NCBI GenBank assembly: GCA_963769935.1
Contig: CAVYNY010000012.1
Location: 1 to 64,000 of the forward strand
From: an uncultured delta proteobacterium
Lineage (GTDB): Bacteria; Desulfobacterota; Desulfobacteria; Desulfobacterales; JAFDCJ01
DNA: 64,000 bases
Direction of reading: 5' to 3'
Shown here piece after piece: positions 22,894-34,141 of the stretch. How positions within the stretch are numbered: position 1 is the stretch's first letter; each line of letters begins with the position of its first letter. The position numbers and the translations under genes are program-made. The notes under the pieces are model-generated. The model searched no databases, was not told the DNA's origin, and was given only the letters and a program-made list of their open reading frames with translations.

Positions 22894-23601
22894 TTAGTTC
22901 GTAATTTTGTAGTAGCGTTCATACATTTCTTTGATGTCCGATATATGTTTCTGCATTTCCGACATCGATCGGATTTTGTCTCGGCTTTTAATGGCCTTGA
23001 AAATATTCCCGTGAAATTTCATGGATGTTTGTTGCATATTCGGCAGGATGTGAAGGCATTCCTGGATGTATTGCTCTATGTACCCCTGCATATTTTTATA
23101 GGAATAAATAATGAATCGGTTATTGGAGGCTCTGGCGATGCTCAGATGGAATTCCATGTCCAGGTCAATGTAGGCTTGGGAGTCGTGGTTTTGTAAGGCT
23201 ATTTTCATTGACGCAACGATTTTTTCCAGTTTGTCAATTTGGCTTTGATTGGCGTTGGCTGCTGCCAGGTCTGCCGCTCCCACTTCAATGATTTTGCGTG
23301 CCTCTATAAGCTCAAGGGCGGCGATCGAATCCGACATCAGCGGTGGCGCAAAGGAATGGACGCTCAGCGCTTTGAATTTGGAAACCAAAACCGTGCCGAC
23401 CCCCTGTTTTTGCTCAACCGCACCAACCAGCGACAAGGTGCTCAATGCCTCTCTCAATGATGTGCGACTCACTCCCAGCTGGGAGGAAAATTCGATCTGA
23501 TTGGGCAATTTGTCCCCGTCTTCAAGTTCACAGTCACGAATCATCCGCTTGATTTCGTCAATGACATCGTCGGCAAGTCTCCTTTTTCGTATTTGGGACA
23601 T
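22894..23601 (-). CDS. FadR/GntR family transcriptional regulator
   Basis: GDKLPN...LGVSRTSLREAL...GVGT; FCD motif DMEFHLSIARASNN. Confidence 0.9.
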   Translation of the reverse strand: MSQIRKRRLADDVIDEIKRMIRDCELEDGDKLPNQIEFSSQLGVSRTSLREALSTLSLVGAVEQKQGVGTVLVSKFKALSVHSFAPPLMSDSIAALELIEARKIIEVGAADLAAANANQSQIDKLEKIVASMKIALQNHDSQAYIDLDMEFHLSIARASNNRFIIYSYKNMQGYIEQYIQECLHILPNMQQTSMKFHGNIFKAIKSRDKIRSMSEMQKHISDIKEMYERYYKITN

Positions 23602-23741
23602 TTTTCCACCACGCAAAATTGTTATATGATGTGATTTTCATACAATCATATTAATGACGATGTCAATCTATTTTTTTTACCGATGGCACATTCTCTATAA
23701 TAATAATATTATTAAAAAAGAAGAAAAAGGGACAGGTACTT

Positions 23742-24103
23742 CATGCTCTACGCCGCGGCGTCCCTTCAGTGCATTTGCTCGCTTCTTCCTCAAGAACAAC
23801 GGCCTCGCCTTAGACGTCAGAGGTTCGGCACGCCAAATCTGCCCCTGCAATGCAATTTCAACAGGGAATGGATTCTCGGGGCTGCAGTCATTCCTTTATG
23901 TTCAGGCTCCCATCCCCCGCGGCGGGACTATACCCCAGGTTGCACCCACCGCTAAAGCCAAGCTTCAGGGCAGCCAGGCCGTTTACACCACGCATAGCCC
24001 GGTTGGTTACCTGCCCCGGGGTGTGGTATCACTACGTATCCGACACGAGCACCTGATACGGCTGGACTTCCACCAGCTGGATTGCAGCCTTGTCGGCTGC
24101 TCC
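23742..24103 (-). mobile_element. Group II intron 5' remnant (domain I region, no RT ORF)
   Basis: Minus strand begins GGAGCAGCCGACAAGGCTGCAATCCAGCTGGTGGAAGTCCAGCC and contains GTGGTGTAAACGGCC and GGAGCCTGAACATAAAGGAATGACTGCAGC, recognised as bacterial group II intron 5' sequence. Confidence 0.7.
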
Positions 24104-24321
24104 GACGTCCGTTCTATTTCTCTATTTGGGGATATGGGATCAAGGGGACATCCTAAAATTATGACTTTCCGGCAAAAGAAAAATTTCGGCAGCCTATCAT
24201 AAAGATTAAAATATTGGCAAAATCTGCCTGCTCCGGGTATAATAACGGTAACGACCTTATATTATAGAAACCTGATCGCTTCTTAAGTAAACATCGTTTC
24301 CAAGAATAAGAAAAGATTGAT

Positions 24322-25082
24322 ATGAAAGCAAAATTCTTAGTGGTCCTCCTCTGTCTCTTTTTCCCGCATTCGGAACCGCGGATACTATTATTTTGAAAAA
24401 TGGCAAATCCATCGAGGTCAAGAAGGTGTGGGAAGAAGACGACCTTATAAAAGGTGAAGTTTTCGGATCTGTTATCGGCTACCCCAAAGACCAGGTCGAG
24501 CGATTAGAAATCGGGGAAAGTGATCAGGCTGCAAAACCAAACAGCGGCTTTGTCTTTGATGATTGGAGATCGGGCATAAGCATATATGAATTTATGGACA
24601 TCGCGGAGCGCAATGATATCCCCATCCATCGTGATGGTTTGATTTCCATTAACAAACATTTTAATCCAATCGTCAGCCGCAAGTACGCCGAAACGTACAG
24701 AAAATTTTATTACAAAGATCAAATCCTGGGAAAATGGGCCAGAGTCGACTTGGTCTTTACCCCGAACACCAAGAAGCTGTGTACCTTGTCGATTAAGTGG
24801 AACGGCCAGGGAGTATCCAAAGAATCAGAATTCTTCACCGAAGTTAAATCGATAATGAGCAAAAAGTATGGTGCGCCTTCCAAAACTGACAAAGAATACC
24901 TTATCCATAAAATCTTCTGGAATATTAATCAGAATGCATATGCAATGCTGCAGGGTGGCGGCGGTTTTTCTCAACTCCACTATTTCGACAAACACTACCT
25001 GAATCTCGCAGAAAATGAGTCAGCCAAAACCAAAGCGACTGAGCATCATAATGCTTTAAAGAAGGATGCCGAGAAGTTCTAA
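24322..25082 (+). CDS. Secreted hypothetical protein (frameshift after signal peptide)
   Basis: MKAKFLVVLLCLFFP signal-like start; DTIILKNGKSIEV continuation. Confidence 0.6.
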
Positions 25083-25103
25083 TTAAACCATGCAAAAGGA
25101 AAA

Positions 25104-25270
25104 ATGAAGATGCCTATTTTTTTTGTCCTTTTGGCCATTGTTTTGACTGTTCTTGTTGCCCTCCTCCTTCTCAAAAAATATTCCAAACCCGGTTCAACTA
25201 CTTCATTTCCATACCAATCCAAAAACTCGCTGTGTTCTCCCGCTGAAAGATCGTTTTTGGGTGTGATAAA
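25104..25270 (+). pseudogene. Truncated paralog of the DUF2726 gene
   Basis: FPYQSKNSLCSPAERSFLGV identical to the 13519 protein; ends at a GGGTC element at 25279. Confidence 0.8.
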
Positions 25271-25629
25271 AAAAAGCTGGGTCAAAGCTTGAAAAGTGAA
25301 TAAGGAATCGTTTTTTTACTTGAATTTTATCTGATAAAGGTAAAGTTTTTGACTGGCTTGACTTTCCGGCTGCGCTATGCTCATCCTTGGAATTGTCGAC
25401 AACCAACATTGAACCTACATTTGCATAAGTTGGGTTTTCTTCAGGCAGCCGGAAGCGGCTTCATTCGCCTTCGCATGAATACCATTCTGCTTGCTTAAGG
25501 GAAGGAAGGAAAGGTGAATCGCTTTTATACTTTTCTATGCGAAGACAGGTGCGGCTTCATCGCAATTCCGTTTTGATACCCCGCATCTTGCTGCGGTGAA
25601 CTTCATTTTTTCAGCCTCCTGTTTGTTTT

Positions 25630-25702
25630 CCATTTTAGCGTTCCCGAGATCTGCCGCACGCTGCGCATTTAGCCAGAACTCCGGCGTGTTTCCAAACAGC
25701 CT
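25630..25702 (-). pseudogene. HigA antitoxin C-terminal fragment
   Basis: Minus-strand translation RLFGNTPEFWLNAQRAADL. Confidence 0.7.
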
Positions 25703-25940
25703 GTGGAATATAGGGGACGTTGTTGTCTGAGTTGACTTACTGGCTTTTCATGCTCACCAGGGGGGATCTTGGGGACATCCATGATTTAATGCATTTCTAA
25801 GACGCAATAAGAATGATATGCATATATTCATGACCGTACCCATTCGCCTAATTTTAAGATACGATCGGTCAAGGGGCGGGGAATAAAACATTTATCCGAC
25901 TCGGGAGAATTTATCCGCCGGATTAAAGGCGCAATGGCTA

Positions 25941-27110
25941 TCAACCGGGCAACTCGATTCCCTGGTTCATGATTTTCAGAATTCCGCTGTAGCTGAAAAG
26001 TCGATTGCGGCTGCGAGAGGTCAGTTCCCTTACAATTTCTAAATTTTCCAGATGCCTTAGACACTTGTTTACAGTAGCCGGGGTGATATCAGTTTTTTCC
26101 GTCAACCAGCCGGAAGATGTGATTGGACGCTCCAATAAAGCCCGATGAACCCTCAGTGTTGAAACCGCCGCCCGGCCAAGGCCACTAATCCTGTCACGGT
26201 CTTCATTTGCCAGATTAATGAGTTGCCGTGCCGTGTCCACGGCCTGGGTTGCGGTGACAATGACTGCTTCTGCGAAGAAATTGAGCCAGGCTTCCCAGTC
26301 ACCACTCAAACGGACGCTATTCAACAGTTCATAATAATATTGCCGGTGCGTTTTGAAATAAAGGCTCAGATACAGCATCGGTTCCTGGAGTACTTTTTGT
26401 TCACACAAGAGCAACGTGATAAGCAAGCGACCAAGACGACCATTTCCATCTAAAAAGGGATGGATAGTTTCAAACTGAACATGGGCCAGTGCGGCCTTGA
26501 GCAGCGCAGGGGTTGGCTGCGGCCTGTCATGTAGAAACAACTCCAGCTCACCCATACACTTCATTACCTTATCGGCCGGTGGCGGAACAAAGGCTGCATT
26601 TCCTGGTCGGGTGCCACCGATCCAATTTTGTGTTTTACGAAATTCACCAGGTGTCTGGTTGGAGCCCCGCCCCTTATGGAGCAGCATACTGTGCATTTCC
26701 TTGATCAGTCGCAGAGACAACGGAAATCCTTCAGCCAGTCGCTTCAGCCCATAATCCAGGGCAGCCACATAATTGCTGACCTCCCGTACATCGTCCAATG
26801 GCACCCCGGGCTCCATATCCAATTCAAATAGCAGGAGGTCGGACAAGGAAGACTGCGTGCCTTCGATCATGGAGGAAAGCACCGCCTCCTTGCGCACATA
26901 CATGTACAGAAACAAAGAAATATCCGGCAGGAAGGTCGAGATGCTGTCTAGCCGACCGAGAGCTAATAGCGCCTGATCGAACTGACTGTGTAATTCCACC
27001 ATCCAATCAAGGTCCGGATTCGGAGGTAATGGATCAGGGACGAAAGCCCGCGCCGTTTCACCCACGGTTGATATCGTGACGTAATAACCTTGAAGATCTC
27101 GTTTCATCAT
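25941..27110 (-). CDS. Fic family protein
   Basis: EAVLSSMIEGT; HPFLDGNGRLGR Fic motif; C-terminal HTH. Confidence 0.93.
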   Translation of the reverse strand: MMKRDLQGYYVTISTVGETARAFVPDPLPPNPDLDWMVELHSQFDQALLALGRLDSISTFLPDISLFLYMYVRKEAVLSSMIEGTQSSLSDLLLFELDMEPGVPLDDVREVSNYVAALDYGLKRLAEGFPLSLRLIKEMHSMLLHKGRGSNQTPGEFRKTQNWIGGTRPGNAAFVPPPADKVMKCMGELELFLHDRPQPTPALLKAALAHVQFETIHPFLDGNGRLGRLLITLLLCEQKVLQEPMLYLSLYFKTHRQYYYELLNSVRLSGDWEAWLNFFAEAVIVTATQAVDTARQLINLANEDRDRISGLGRAAVSTLRVHRALLERPITSSGWLTEKTDITPATVNKCLRHLENLEIVRELTSRSRNRLFSYSGILKIMNQGIELPG

Positions 27111-27309
27111 TCATCGTATCCTAAAATAAGAACTTTTGTTATTTTAGCTTAAGGCTCTATTCTAAAATAACGAAGATCGGAACAGGAGTCAAGCGATTTA
27201 GCTAAATTAGCAATCAAAGCGTGGAAAAAGGGGGTCAAAGCTTGAATAGTGATTATATATGCCGATTAGTCACTGATCAGGATTTGACATCTTTCTTATA
27301 TAGCGATTT

Positions 27310-28473
27310 TTAGACGGATTTCTGGGCTGCCAGCTGCTCTGGTAGCGTGAGAATATTCTTCATTGGCCAAGCGGCGATTTTTTTTGAGAGGGGGTAGGCG
27401 TGCTCTCCGGGATAGATAATCCATAGATGAGTGAGGTTTAAACTTTCAATGGCCTGGTTCATCGATCTGGTCGTTTTCGGGGTTTCGCTGAATTTGCATT
27501 CGATTCCATACCGTCGGCCGTGATGGATGAAAAAAAGATCAACCTCGGCACCGCTATAGGTGGCCCAGAAAAATGCCTGGGACGGTCTAATGATCTCCAA
27601 AGCCTGTTCAATAGCAAAGCCTTCCCATGATGCCCCCACCCGCGGATAGCCGTGGAGAGTCTGGAAATCCGGGAGGCTGAGCAAAGCATGCAGCAGGCCG
27701 GAATCCCTCAGGAATATTTTCGGTGCTTTGACCTGGCGCTTACTGAGATTTTCATACCACGGTTGAAGTTGCCGGACCATAAAGGTTCCTGTGAGAATAT
27801 CAAGATAGGAACGCACTGTCTTGTCCGACAGGTCGAGGGAACGGCCGAGCTCCGAGGCATTCCAGGTTTGACCGTGATAGTGGGCCAGCATGGTCCAGAA
27901 GCGTCGCATGGCTGCAGGCGGTATTGAGATGCCGAGTTGTGGAATGTCGCGAGCCAGGAAGGTTTGAATGAAGCCTTCCCTCCAGGCAAGACTGTCCGCA
28001 TCGCTGTCGGCCAGAAAGGAACGGGGAAATCCGCCCCTGAGCCAGATAACATCGGCACGGTCGTTTCCCGCTTCGCGAAGACCGAAACCGGAAAGCTCGA
28101 CGAATTCGACACGACCGGCAAGGGACTCGGAAGCATTCTTGACAAGGTCGGGCGATGCACTCCCCAGAATCAGAAAGCGGGCTTTGTTTTCAGGACGATC
28201 GACCAGCACGCGCAACACGCGGAAAAGCTCGGGCATTACCTGAATTTCGTCAATGATAACGAAATCTTGCAATGAACCGAGCATCAGTTGAGGGTTTTGG
28301 AGGCGGTTAAGATCAAGTTGAGATTCAAGATCAAAGAAAATCGTCTTTCGTCCCTCTGCAAACATGCGGGCGAGCGTCGTTTTACCGCACTGCCTTGGGC
28401 CAATGAGGGCCGTAATCGGGGAGCGCCTAACAGCATGGGATAATTGGCTGATATAAAAGGGGCGTTCAATCAT
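27310..28473 (-). CDS. AAA_14 ATPase with DUF4143 domain
   Basis: GPRQCGKT, IIDEIQ, SESLAGR, KRQVKAPK, AEVDL...IECK. Confidence 0.92.
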   Translation of the reverse strand: MIERPFYISQLSHAVRRSPITALIGPRQCGKTTLARMFAEGRKTIFFDLESQLDLNRLQNPQLMLGSLQDFVIIDEIQVMPELFRVLRVLVDRPENKARFLILGSASPDLVKNASESLAGRVEFVELSGFGLREAGNDRADVIWLRGGFPRSFLADSDADSLAWREGFIQTFLARDIPQLGISIPPAAMRRFWTMLAHYHGQTWNASELGRSLDLSDKTVRSYLDILTGTFMVRQLQPWYENLSKRQVKAPKIFLRDSGLLHALLSLPDFQTLHGYPRVGASWEGFAIEQALEIIRPSQAFFWATYSGAEVDLFFIHHGRRYGIECKFSETPKTTRSMNQAIESLNLTHLWIIYPGEHAYPLSKKIAAWPMKNILTLPEQLAAQKSV

Positions 28474-28484
28474 GCCGTAAATTT

Positions 28485-28525
28485 ATCATTGAAATATCGG
28501 ATTGTCAATCCGAATTTTCAATGAT
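28485..28525. promoter_or_regulatory. 41-bp imperfect palindrome over the -35 of the AAA-DUF4143 gene
   Basis: ATCATTGAAATATCGGATTG-T-CAATCCGAATTTTCAATGAT; TTGACA on minus strand at 28508-28503. Confidence 0.65.
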
Positions 28526-28690
28526 AGTTCGCCGCCTAAATAGGAGTTCCAGAAAATCTTAGGGACGTCGTTAACTGAGTTGGTTTACCGGCTTCGCTGC
28601 GCTCATTTCTAAAATCACCCTTCCAGGATTCAACCCACTTTAGGAAACAAATCCAGCCGCCTTGAGACTAACAGCAGCAAACCCAACCGC

Positions 28691-30475
28691 CTAATGCGAG
28701 TGTCGCGGAATATTCTTGCGCACGCCCTGATATTTAACCGCCAGTTCCAGACAGGCGCCGGTTGCCAGTTGCCCCACAGTGTCACGATATATCTCTTGCC
28801 AGGGGGTCTGGTGATTCAGTTCAGGTGGCTGCCACGCTTCGCGTCGCCGGACCAGCTCAGCGTCACTGACCAGCATGTTGATCGTGCGCTTGTTCAGATC
28901 GATACGCACCCGGTCGCCGGTTTTAAGCAGGGCCAGACCACCGCCGATAGTTGCTTCGGGCGAGGCGTTGAGAATGGACGGACTGGCCGATGTGCCGCTC
29001 TGTCTTCCATCACCAATGCAGGGCAGGGTGGAAACGCCCAGCTTTACCAGCCGGTCCGGCGGCAGCATATTGACTACCTCGGCTGATCCAGGATAGCCAA
29101 CGGGGCCACAGTAGCGGATGAAGAGCAGCGAGTCCTCGTTAACAGGCAGATCGGAATCGTTGATGTGTTCATGGTAGTCTTCCGGCCCATCGAAAACGAT
29201 AGCCGTACCCTCCCAGGCATTGGGGTCGCCAGGGCGCTCCAGGTATTTGCGGCGAAAATCATCACCGATAACCGATGTTTTAAGCAGGCCTGAATCAAAC
29301 AGGTTGCCGCTCAGCACTATAAAGCCGGCCTTTTCCTTGAGCGGCTGATCATAGGGCTTGATCACCCGCTCATCCAGTATTTTTCGATCGGCCAGATTTT
29401 CACCCAGCGTCTTGCCCGTTACCGTCAGACATTCGCCATTCAATTTGCGCGCCTTTAGCAGTTCGGCCATAATTGCCGGTACGCCACCGGCGCGGTAAAA
29501 ACCCTCGCCCAGGTACTCGCCGGCCGGCTGGCAGTTGAGCAGCAGCGGAATTTCATAGCCGTAGGTCTGCCAATCTTCAATGGGCAATTCCAGCCCTATG
29601 TGGCGCGCAATGGCTGTAATGTGGACCGGCGCGTTCGTGGATCCACCCAACGCCGAATTTGTGACGATCGCGTTGCGAAAGGCCGCCGGTGTTAAAATTT
29701 TGGAAGGCGTCAGATCCTCCAGGACCATTTCAACGATACGACGGCCGGTCTCGTAGGCTATCTGTCTGCGTTCGCGATAGGGCGCAGGAATGGCGGCACA
29801 CCCTGTCAAGGACAGACCCAGCGCTTCTGCCAGCGAATTCATGGTGAGCGCGGTGCCCATAGTGTTGCAGTGCCCTAAGCTTGGCGCACAGCCGACCAGG
29901 TCCATAAACCCTTCATAGTCAATTTCGCCGGCGGCAAGCAACTTGCGCGCTTCCCAGACCGCTGTGCCCGACCCGGCCAATCGCCCTCGCCACCAACTAT
30001 CAAGCATGGGTCCACCCGAGAGTACAATGGCGGGCAAGTCCATGGTGCAGGCAGCCATAACGCCGGCGGGAGTTGTCTTGTCGCACCCGGCGGTTAGCAC
30101 AACGCCGTCAATGGGGTAGCCGTGCAGCACCTCGACCAAACCGAGGTAGGCCAGATTACGGTCCAGGGCGGCGGTCGGTCGCTTGCCCTGTTCGGCGATA
30201 GGGTGTACCGGAAATTCAAAGGCAAGGCCTCCGGCATCGCGGACTCCGTCCTTTACCCGTTGTGCCAGCTCAACGTGAACATAATTGCACGGAGTCAGAT
30301 CGCCGCCCGTTTGCGCAATGCCGATAATGGGCTTGCCCGATTGCAATTCCTCTCGCGTCCAGCCATAGTTCATGTAGCGCTCAACATAAAGCGCTGTCAT
30401 GCCCATGTTGTAAGTATTATTAAACCACTCCCGGCTGCGTAACTTGCCTTTAACTTCCGAGTAATCCTTCTTCAC
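28691..30475 (-). CDS. IlvD/Edd family dehydratase (sugar-acid dehydratase-like)
   Basis: [43 protein letters not shown] before GTG 30475. Confidence 0.9.
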   Translation of the reverse strand: MKKDYSEVKGKLRSREWFNNTYNMGMTALYVERYMNYGWTREELQSGKPIIGIAQTGGDLTPCNYVHVELAQRVKDGVRDAGGLAFEFPVHPIAEQGKRPTAALDRNLAYLGLVEVLHGYPIDGVVLTAGCDKTTPAGVMAACTMDLPAIVLSGGPMLDSWWRGRLAGSGTAVWEARKLLAAGEIDYEGFMDLVGCAPSLGHCNTMGTALTMNSLAEALGLSLTGCAAIPAPYRERRQIAYETGRRIVEMVLEDLTPSKILTPAAFRNAIVTNSALGGSTNAPVHITAIARHIGLELPIEDWQTYGYEIPLLLNCQPAGEYLGEGFYRAGGVPAIMAELLKARKLNGECLTVTGKTLGENLADRKILDERVIKPYDQPLKEKAGFIVLSGNLFDSGLLKTSVIGDDFRRKYLERPGDPNAWEGTAIVFDGPEDYHEHINDSDLPVNEDSLLFIRYCGPVGYPGSAEVVNMLPPDRLVKLGVSTLPCIGDGRQSGTSASPSILNASPEATIGGGLALLKTGDRVRIDLNKRTINMLVSDAELVRRREAWQPPELNHQTPWQEIYRDTVGQLATGACLELAVKYQGVRKNIPRHSH

Positions 30476-30838
30476 CTCAGTCTCCTTATCTATCGTCTTT
30501 ATCCACCGTGCTGCGGCAACATAGCCACCGTCGGCACGTCGTTTTACCAAAAGATTGCCTCTGGCCCCATAGGTCGCCCTGGAGTCGTACCCCGGCAGCC
30601 GCCTGGTATTTAAACAGGCATGGAAAGAAAATAAGGGCGTCAAAGTTTGAATAGTGCATAAGGAATTGTTTCCTTACTTGAATTTTCCCAGATACCGGCA
30701 ATTTTGTCGACCAGCTTGATTTAGTAAACCCGGCAGCGCTCAAGCTCAAAGTCTTCGACTGCCGGCCTTAATCTTCCCGCTTGCTCATTTTAAGTATTCA
30801 TACGGCTGTATGCTCATTGTTTTGCCCTCACTGACAAT

Positions 30839-31261
30839 CTATACACGCAGCTCTTCACGGAATTGCTTTAGAAACTGCGATGGTGTGAGAATCTGCGCAT
30901 TCCCATGTGATCTCAGATTGAGAAGGTGATTATCCCCGCTGATCAACGCCTTGGCTTTAGCTGCCTCGCAGCATCTTAAAAAGATGTCATCTGAAGGATC
31001 CGCTTTGATGATGGCAGAACCGGATTTTGCCGCAACGACGGTACAAAAAGGCAGGGTCTCAACATAAAGCAGGTATTGGATCTCGTTTTCAGTCAGCTGA
31101 AATTTTGGGTAGGCCAGTACTCGCAGAATTTCGGCCAGGATTTCCGAGGTTAAATGAGGCTTGATCTTTCCAGATTTCCAAAGCGCAATGAGTTTGCCGG
31201 GCGTTCCGCCGAACAGAAGAGCGGACACGAAGACATTCGTGTCGATAACCACCGGGATCAT
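30839..31261 (-). CDS. PIN-family TA toxin
   Basis: VVIDTNVFVSAL, DPSDDIFL, LISGDNHLL. Confidence 0.9.
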   Translation of the reverse strand: MIPVVIDTNVFVSALLFGGTPGKLIALWKSGKIKPHLTSEILAEILRVLAYPKFQLTENEIQYLLYVETLPFCTVVAAKSGSAIIKADPSDDIFLRCCEAAKAKALISGDNHLLNLRSHGNAQILTPSQFLKQFREELRV

Positions 31262-31485
31262 TTCGATCGCGCCCACTTAAGCGCCTCTCGAACACTGTCG
31301 GGTTTCAGACCGAGCCCCTTGATTTTAGAGCGAATTTTATCGAGATCCGTTTCATAGAGCCGCAGCGGTTTCAGCACAATAAGTCCGTCTTTGAGTTCGA
31401 CTTCGAAATATTTTGTTTCCGGTATTTGCTCCACGATTTTCTTGGGGATGGTGATTTGATTCTTCGAGGTCATTTTTGCCAGCAT
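31258..31485 (-). CDS. AbrB/MazE family antitoxin
   Basis: MLAKMTSKNQITIPK; overlaps PIN start. Confidence 0.88.
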   Translation of the reverse strand: MLAKMTSKNQITIPKKIVEQIPETKYFEVELKDGLIVLKPLRLYETDLDKIRSKIKGLGLKPDSVREALKWARSK

Positions 31486-31599
31486 TACCCTAATTCCTTT
31501 TTTCCTTTTTTTCTGATATCCTTATATTAATTATTTCATGATATGTCAAGCGACTCATAGGGCTCTAAGTCGAACCTATTGTATGCCAGGATGTGCTTC

Positions 31600-31800
31600 G
31601 CTGAGGGAACTAAAGGGTACGATGAATATTATGAAAGGATAGTTCAATATCTCGCAAGAATAGCAGGCTCAAATGACGCCGAAGATATTGCCCAGAATGT
31701 TTTCAATAAGATAAACAGTGGCCTCGAAGGATTTCAGGGGAAATCCAAACTTTCAACATGGGTATACCGTATCACGACCAACACGGCCATTATGATTACG
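31600..31800 (+). pseudogene. ECF sigma factor region 2 fragment
   Basis: DAEDIAQNVF...FQGKSKLSTWVYRITTNTA; fused to an unrelated fragment. Confidence 0.65.
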
Positions 31801-32186
31801 ACAATCAGAAGCCGAACCCAGCCGCCGCCAAATTGATCGCAGATTATGATCCCTGCTACGAACTGGTCATGCAGTACCTCCGGCAAGACGGTTCTGTCCG
31901 CACAGCCCGCATAAGGACTGCCCCCGGCCGGCGACACCCCAAAAGGATCAGCTTGTTTGAAACGCTGATGCGCGAGGACGGATTCTAAACTTCTTCCCAT
32001 GAATCGATAACCTTCTTTACCAGTTGCACCTGGCGAAAAATTGGTTCCTCTCTTTCATAGGGCCATATCATGGCACCCAGTGACGGTTTGTAGCCGCAGC
32101 GGTACTTAGTGAGGTAAAACCGGCCGGATTTCACCTCCTGCAGCAGGGCCCGAAAAAAATTAACTCCCAATTCATTTCGAATTGTT

Positions 32187-32219
32187 TTGACCGGATGTGT
32201 CAAACTCAGGTGTTATTCT
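32187..32219 (+). promoter_or_regulatory. Putative WYL-regulator box + -10 (copy 1)
   Basis: TTGACCGGATGTGTCAA-ACTCAGGTGT-TATTCT. Confidence 0.7.
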
Positions 32220-32264
32220 TTGGGAAGCAAAAGAATAAAACCAGCTGAAAAAGGAGATTTGGTT

Positions 32265-33462
32265 ATGAACAGATCGTCGAAAAATTCAGGCATTACCTTC
32301 TTAAAGCTTTTTGGAATTGGCTTTTTGATCAGTGCGGCATCGTTTTGCGTATCTTTCCATTCGGTTGCTTTCGCTGCAACCGACGTTCGCGACGCGATGG
32401 TAAAGATTTACGCGGTTCAGAACCAGCCGGATTACGACAACCCCTGGAACATGAAAGGTCCCGAATCCTTCAGCGGCTCGGGCTGCATCATTGCGGGAAA
32501 TCGAATACTGACCAACGCCCATGTGGTCAGCGACCACACCTACATTCAGGTGCGACGGTACGGTCAGGCTCGAAAATTCCAGGCCCGGATGCGGGCAGTC
32601 TCCCACGAGGCAGATCTGGCGCTGCTGACCGTCGACGAACCTTCCTTTTTTGAGGGGGCAACCCCTCTCGACATTCGGCACACTGCCGCAGGTGCAGCAG
32701 GAGGTTGTGGTATACGGTTTTCCGGAAGGCGGCGACTCGCTGAGCACTACCAGGGGCGTCATCTCCCGGATCGAGCACCAATGCTACGCCCACAGCCTTA
32801 TCACATTGCTGGCCGGTCAACTGGATGCCGCCATCAACCCGGGCAACAGCGGCGGACCGGTAGTGGTGGGGGATCGCATCGTCGGGGTGGTCATGCAATC
32901 GCTGAAAAACTCGGAAAACATAGGTTACATGGTGCCGCAGCCCATCATCGAACATTTTCTGACCGACATGCAGGACGGGCGCTACGACGGGTTTCCGGAG
33001 GACGGCGTTATCGTCCAGCCCATGGAAAACCAAAACCTCAAAAAAATGCACGGTCTCAACAGTGAACAGACCGGGGCCCTTGTGACTGAAGTGCTTCCCA
33101 ATTCGGCGGCGGACGGCTTTATATTGCCCGGCGACGTGATCCTGTCGATAGACGGCCACCGGGTGGCCGACGACTGCACGGTCGAGTTTCGCCCCAAAGA
33201 GCGCACCAGCTCCAACTATATAATCCAGCAGCATCAAATCGGCGAAAAGGACCCGTATGTCCTCTTTCGAACAACAAGCGGCAGGCAGATTGCCCTGGAC
33301 CGGCAAAAAGTCGAAACGGAGCAATCCAGAATTCTGCAAACCTATCAAATTGCAGCCGACAGATCCTCAGACTTCAAAAAACCTGACGCCGAACAAGCCG
33401 GACAAATTGCAGCTGTCACCGGCCGGGAGCTGAAAGGAGCGGTCATTGATGGAAAAAGATAA
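32265..33462 (+). CDS. Trypsin-like (Deg/HtrA-type) serine protease with PDZ-like domain; frameshift near 32670, possibly internally deleted
   Basis: SGSGC, ILTNAHVV, ADLALL, AAINPGNSGGP, PGDVILSIDG; N-terminal signal. Confidence 0.85.
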
Positions 33463-33602
33463 CTTTATAGTTCACCGCGGAGCTCGCAGAGACCGCCGAG
33501 AAAGACTCAGTAAGATTAATAAGACAAGATCGGTGGGCAATCCCGCGCGGCGGATATTCTTAATTTTAATAAGTTTATCTTTACTCATGAAAGGATGTTG
33601 AT

Positions 33603-34133
33603 ATGAGCTCAAAAAAACAGCTGAAGGACGTCGATTCTGTGCGCCAGGCAATACGGCTGAACAATTTCATGCGCACCGTTCCGTTTCTCGGGATGCTGGG
33701 TTTGGTGCTCGGCGGGTTTCAGGGGCTTTTGGTTGCAGCCGCAGCAAGTGCGTTGGTTTCTGTGTGCACCGAAATGTTTTCCGGCATGCTCGGAAGCGGA
33801 TCCATTAATACACTTTACGGATTCGGCCGCCGAACCTCAACTTTGCGGGAGCGTCTGGCCGGGGATCTGAGCTGCGTGCGTTTTCACAAAATGAAACAGG
33901 ACCATGACAGCGCCCTTGTCAAACTGGAGGAAATTCTGGCCCGCGATCCAGATTTCCCCGAAGCGCTCTTTCTCAAAGCCCAGATCCTGTGGGAGGGCTG
34001 TCAAGATCGCGCCGCTGCCAAAGCTTGCCTGATGCGGGTCATAAAAGCCGAGCCGGACAAAAATGCCGTTTTTCACCGTTGGGCGTTAAGTTTACATCGA
34101 GAAATTAATACAACGAATAAAATCAGACCATGA
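33603..34133 (+). CDS. Membrane-anchored TPR protein
   Basis: Hydrophobic N-terminal half; ILARDPDFPEALFLKAQIL TPR-like. Confidence 0.7.
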   Translation: MSSKKQLKDVDSVRQAIRLNNFMRTVPFLGMLGLVLGGFQGLLVAAAASALVSVCTEMFSGMLGSGSINTLYGFGRRTSTLRERLAGDLSCVRFHKMKQDHDSALVKLEEILARDPDFPEALFLKAQILWEGCQDRAAAKACLMRVIKAEPDKNAVFHRWALSLHREINTTNKIRP

Positions 34134-34141
34134 CCGACTTT

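Noticed and set aside
23654..24202. 182-aa + strand ORF
   Set aside because: Antisense shadow of the group II intron remnant and flanking repeats; no protein motif.
25575..25606. ATACCCCGCATCTTGCTGCGG hairpin as an intact IS200/IS605 element
   Set aside because: Only an isolated end-like palindrome; no tnpA/tnpB or partner end seen.
30476..30643. Upstream extension of the IlvD-family ORF
   Set aside because: RBS and GTG at 30475 give a better start; the extension runs into a repeat element.
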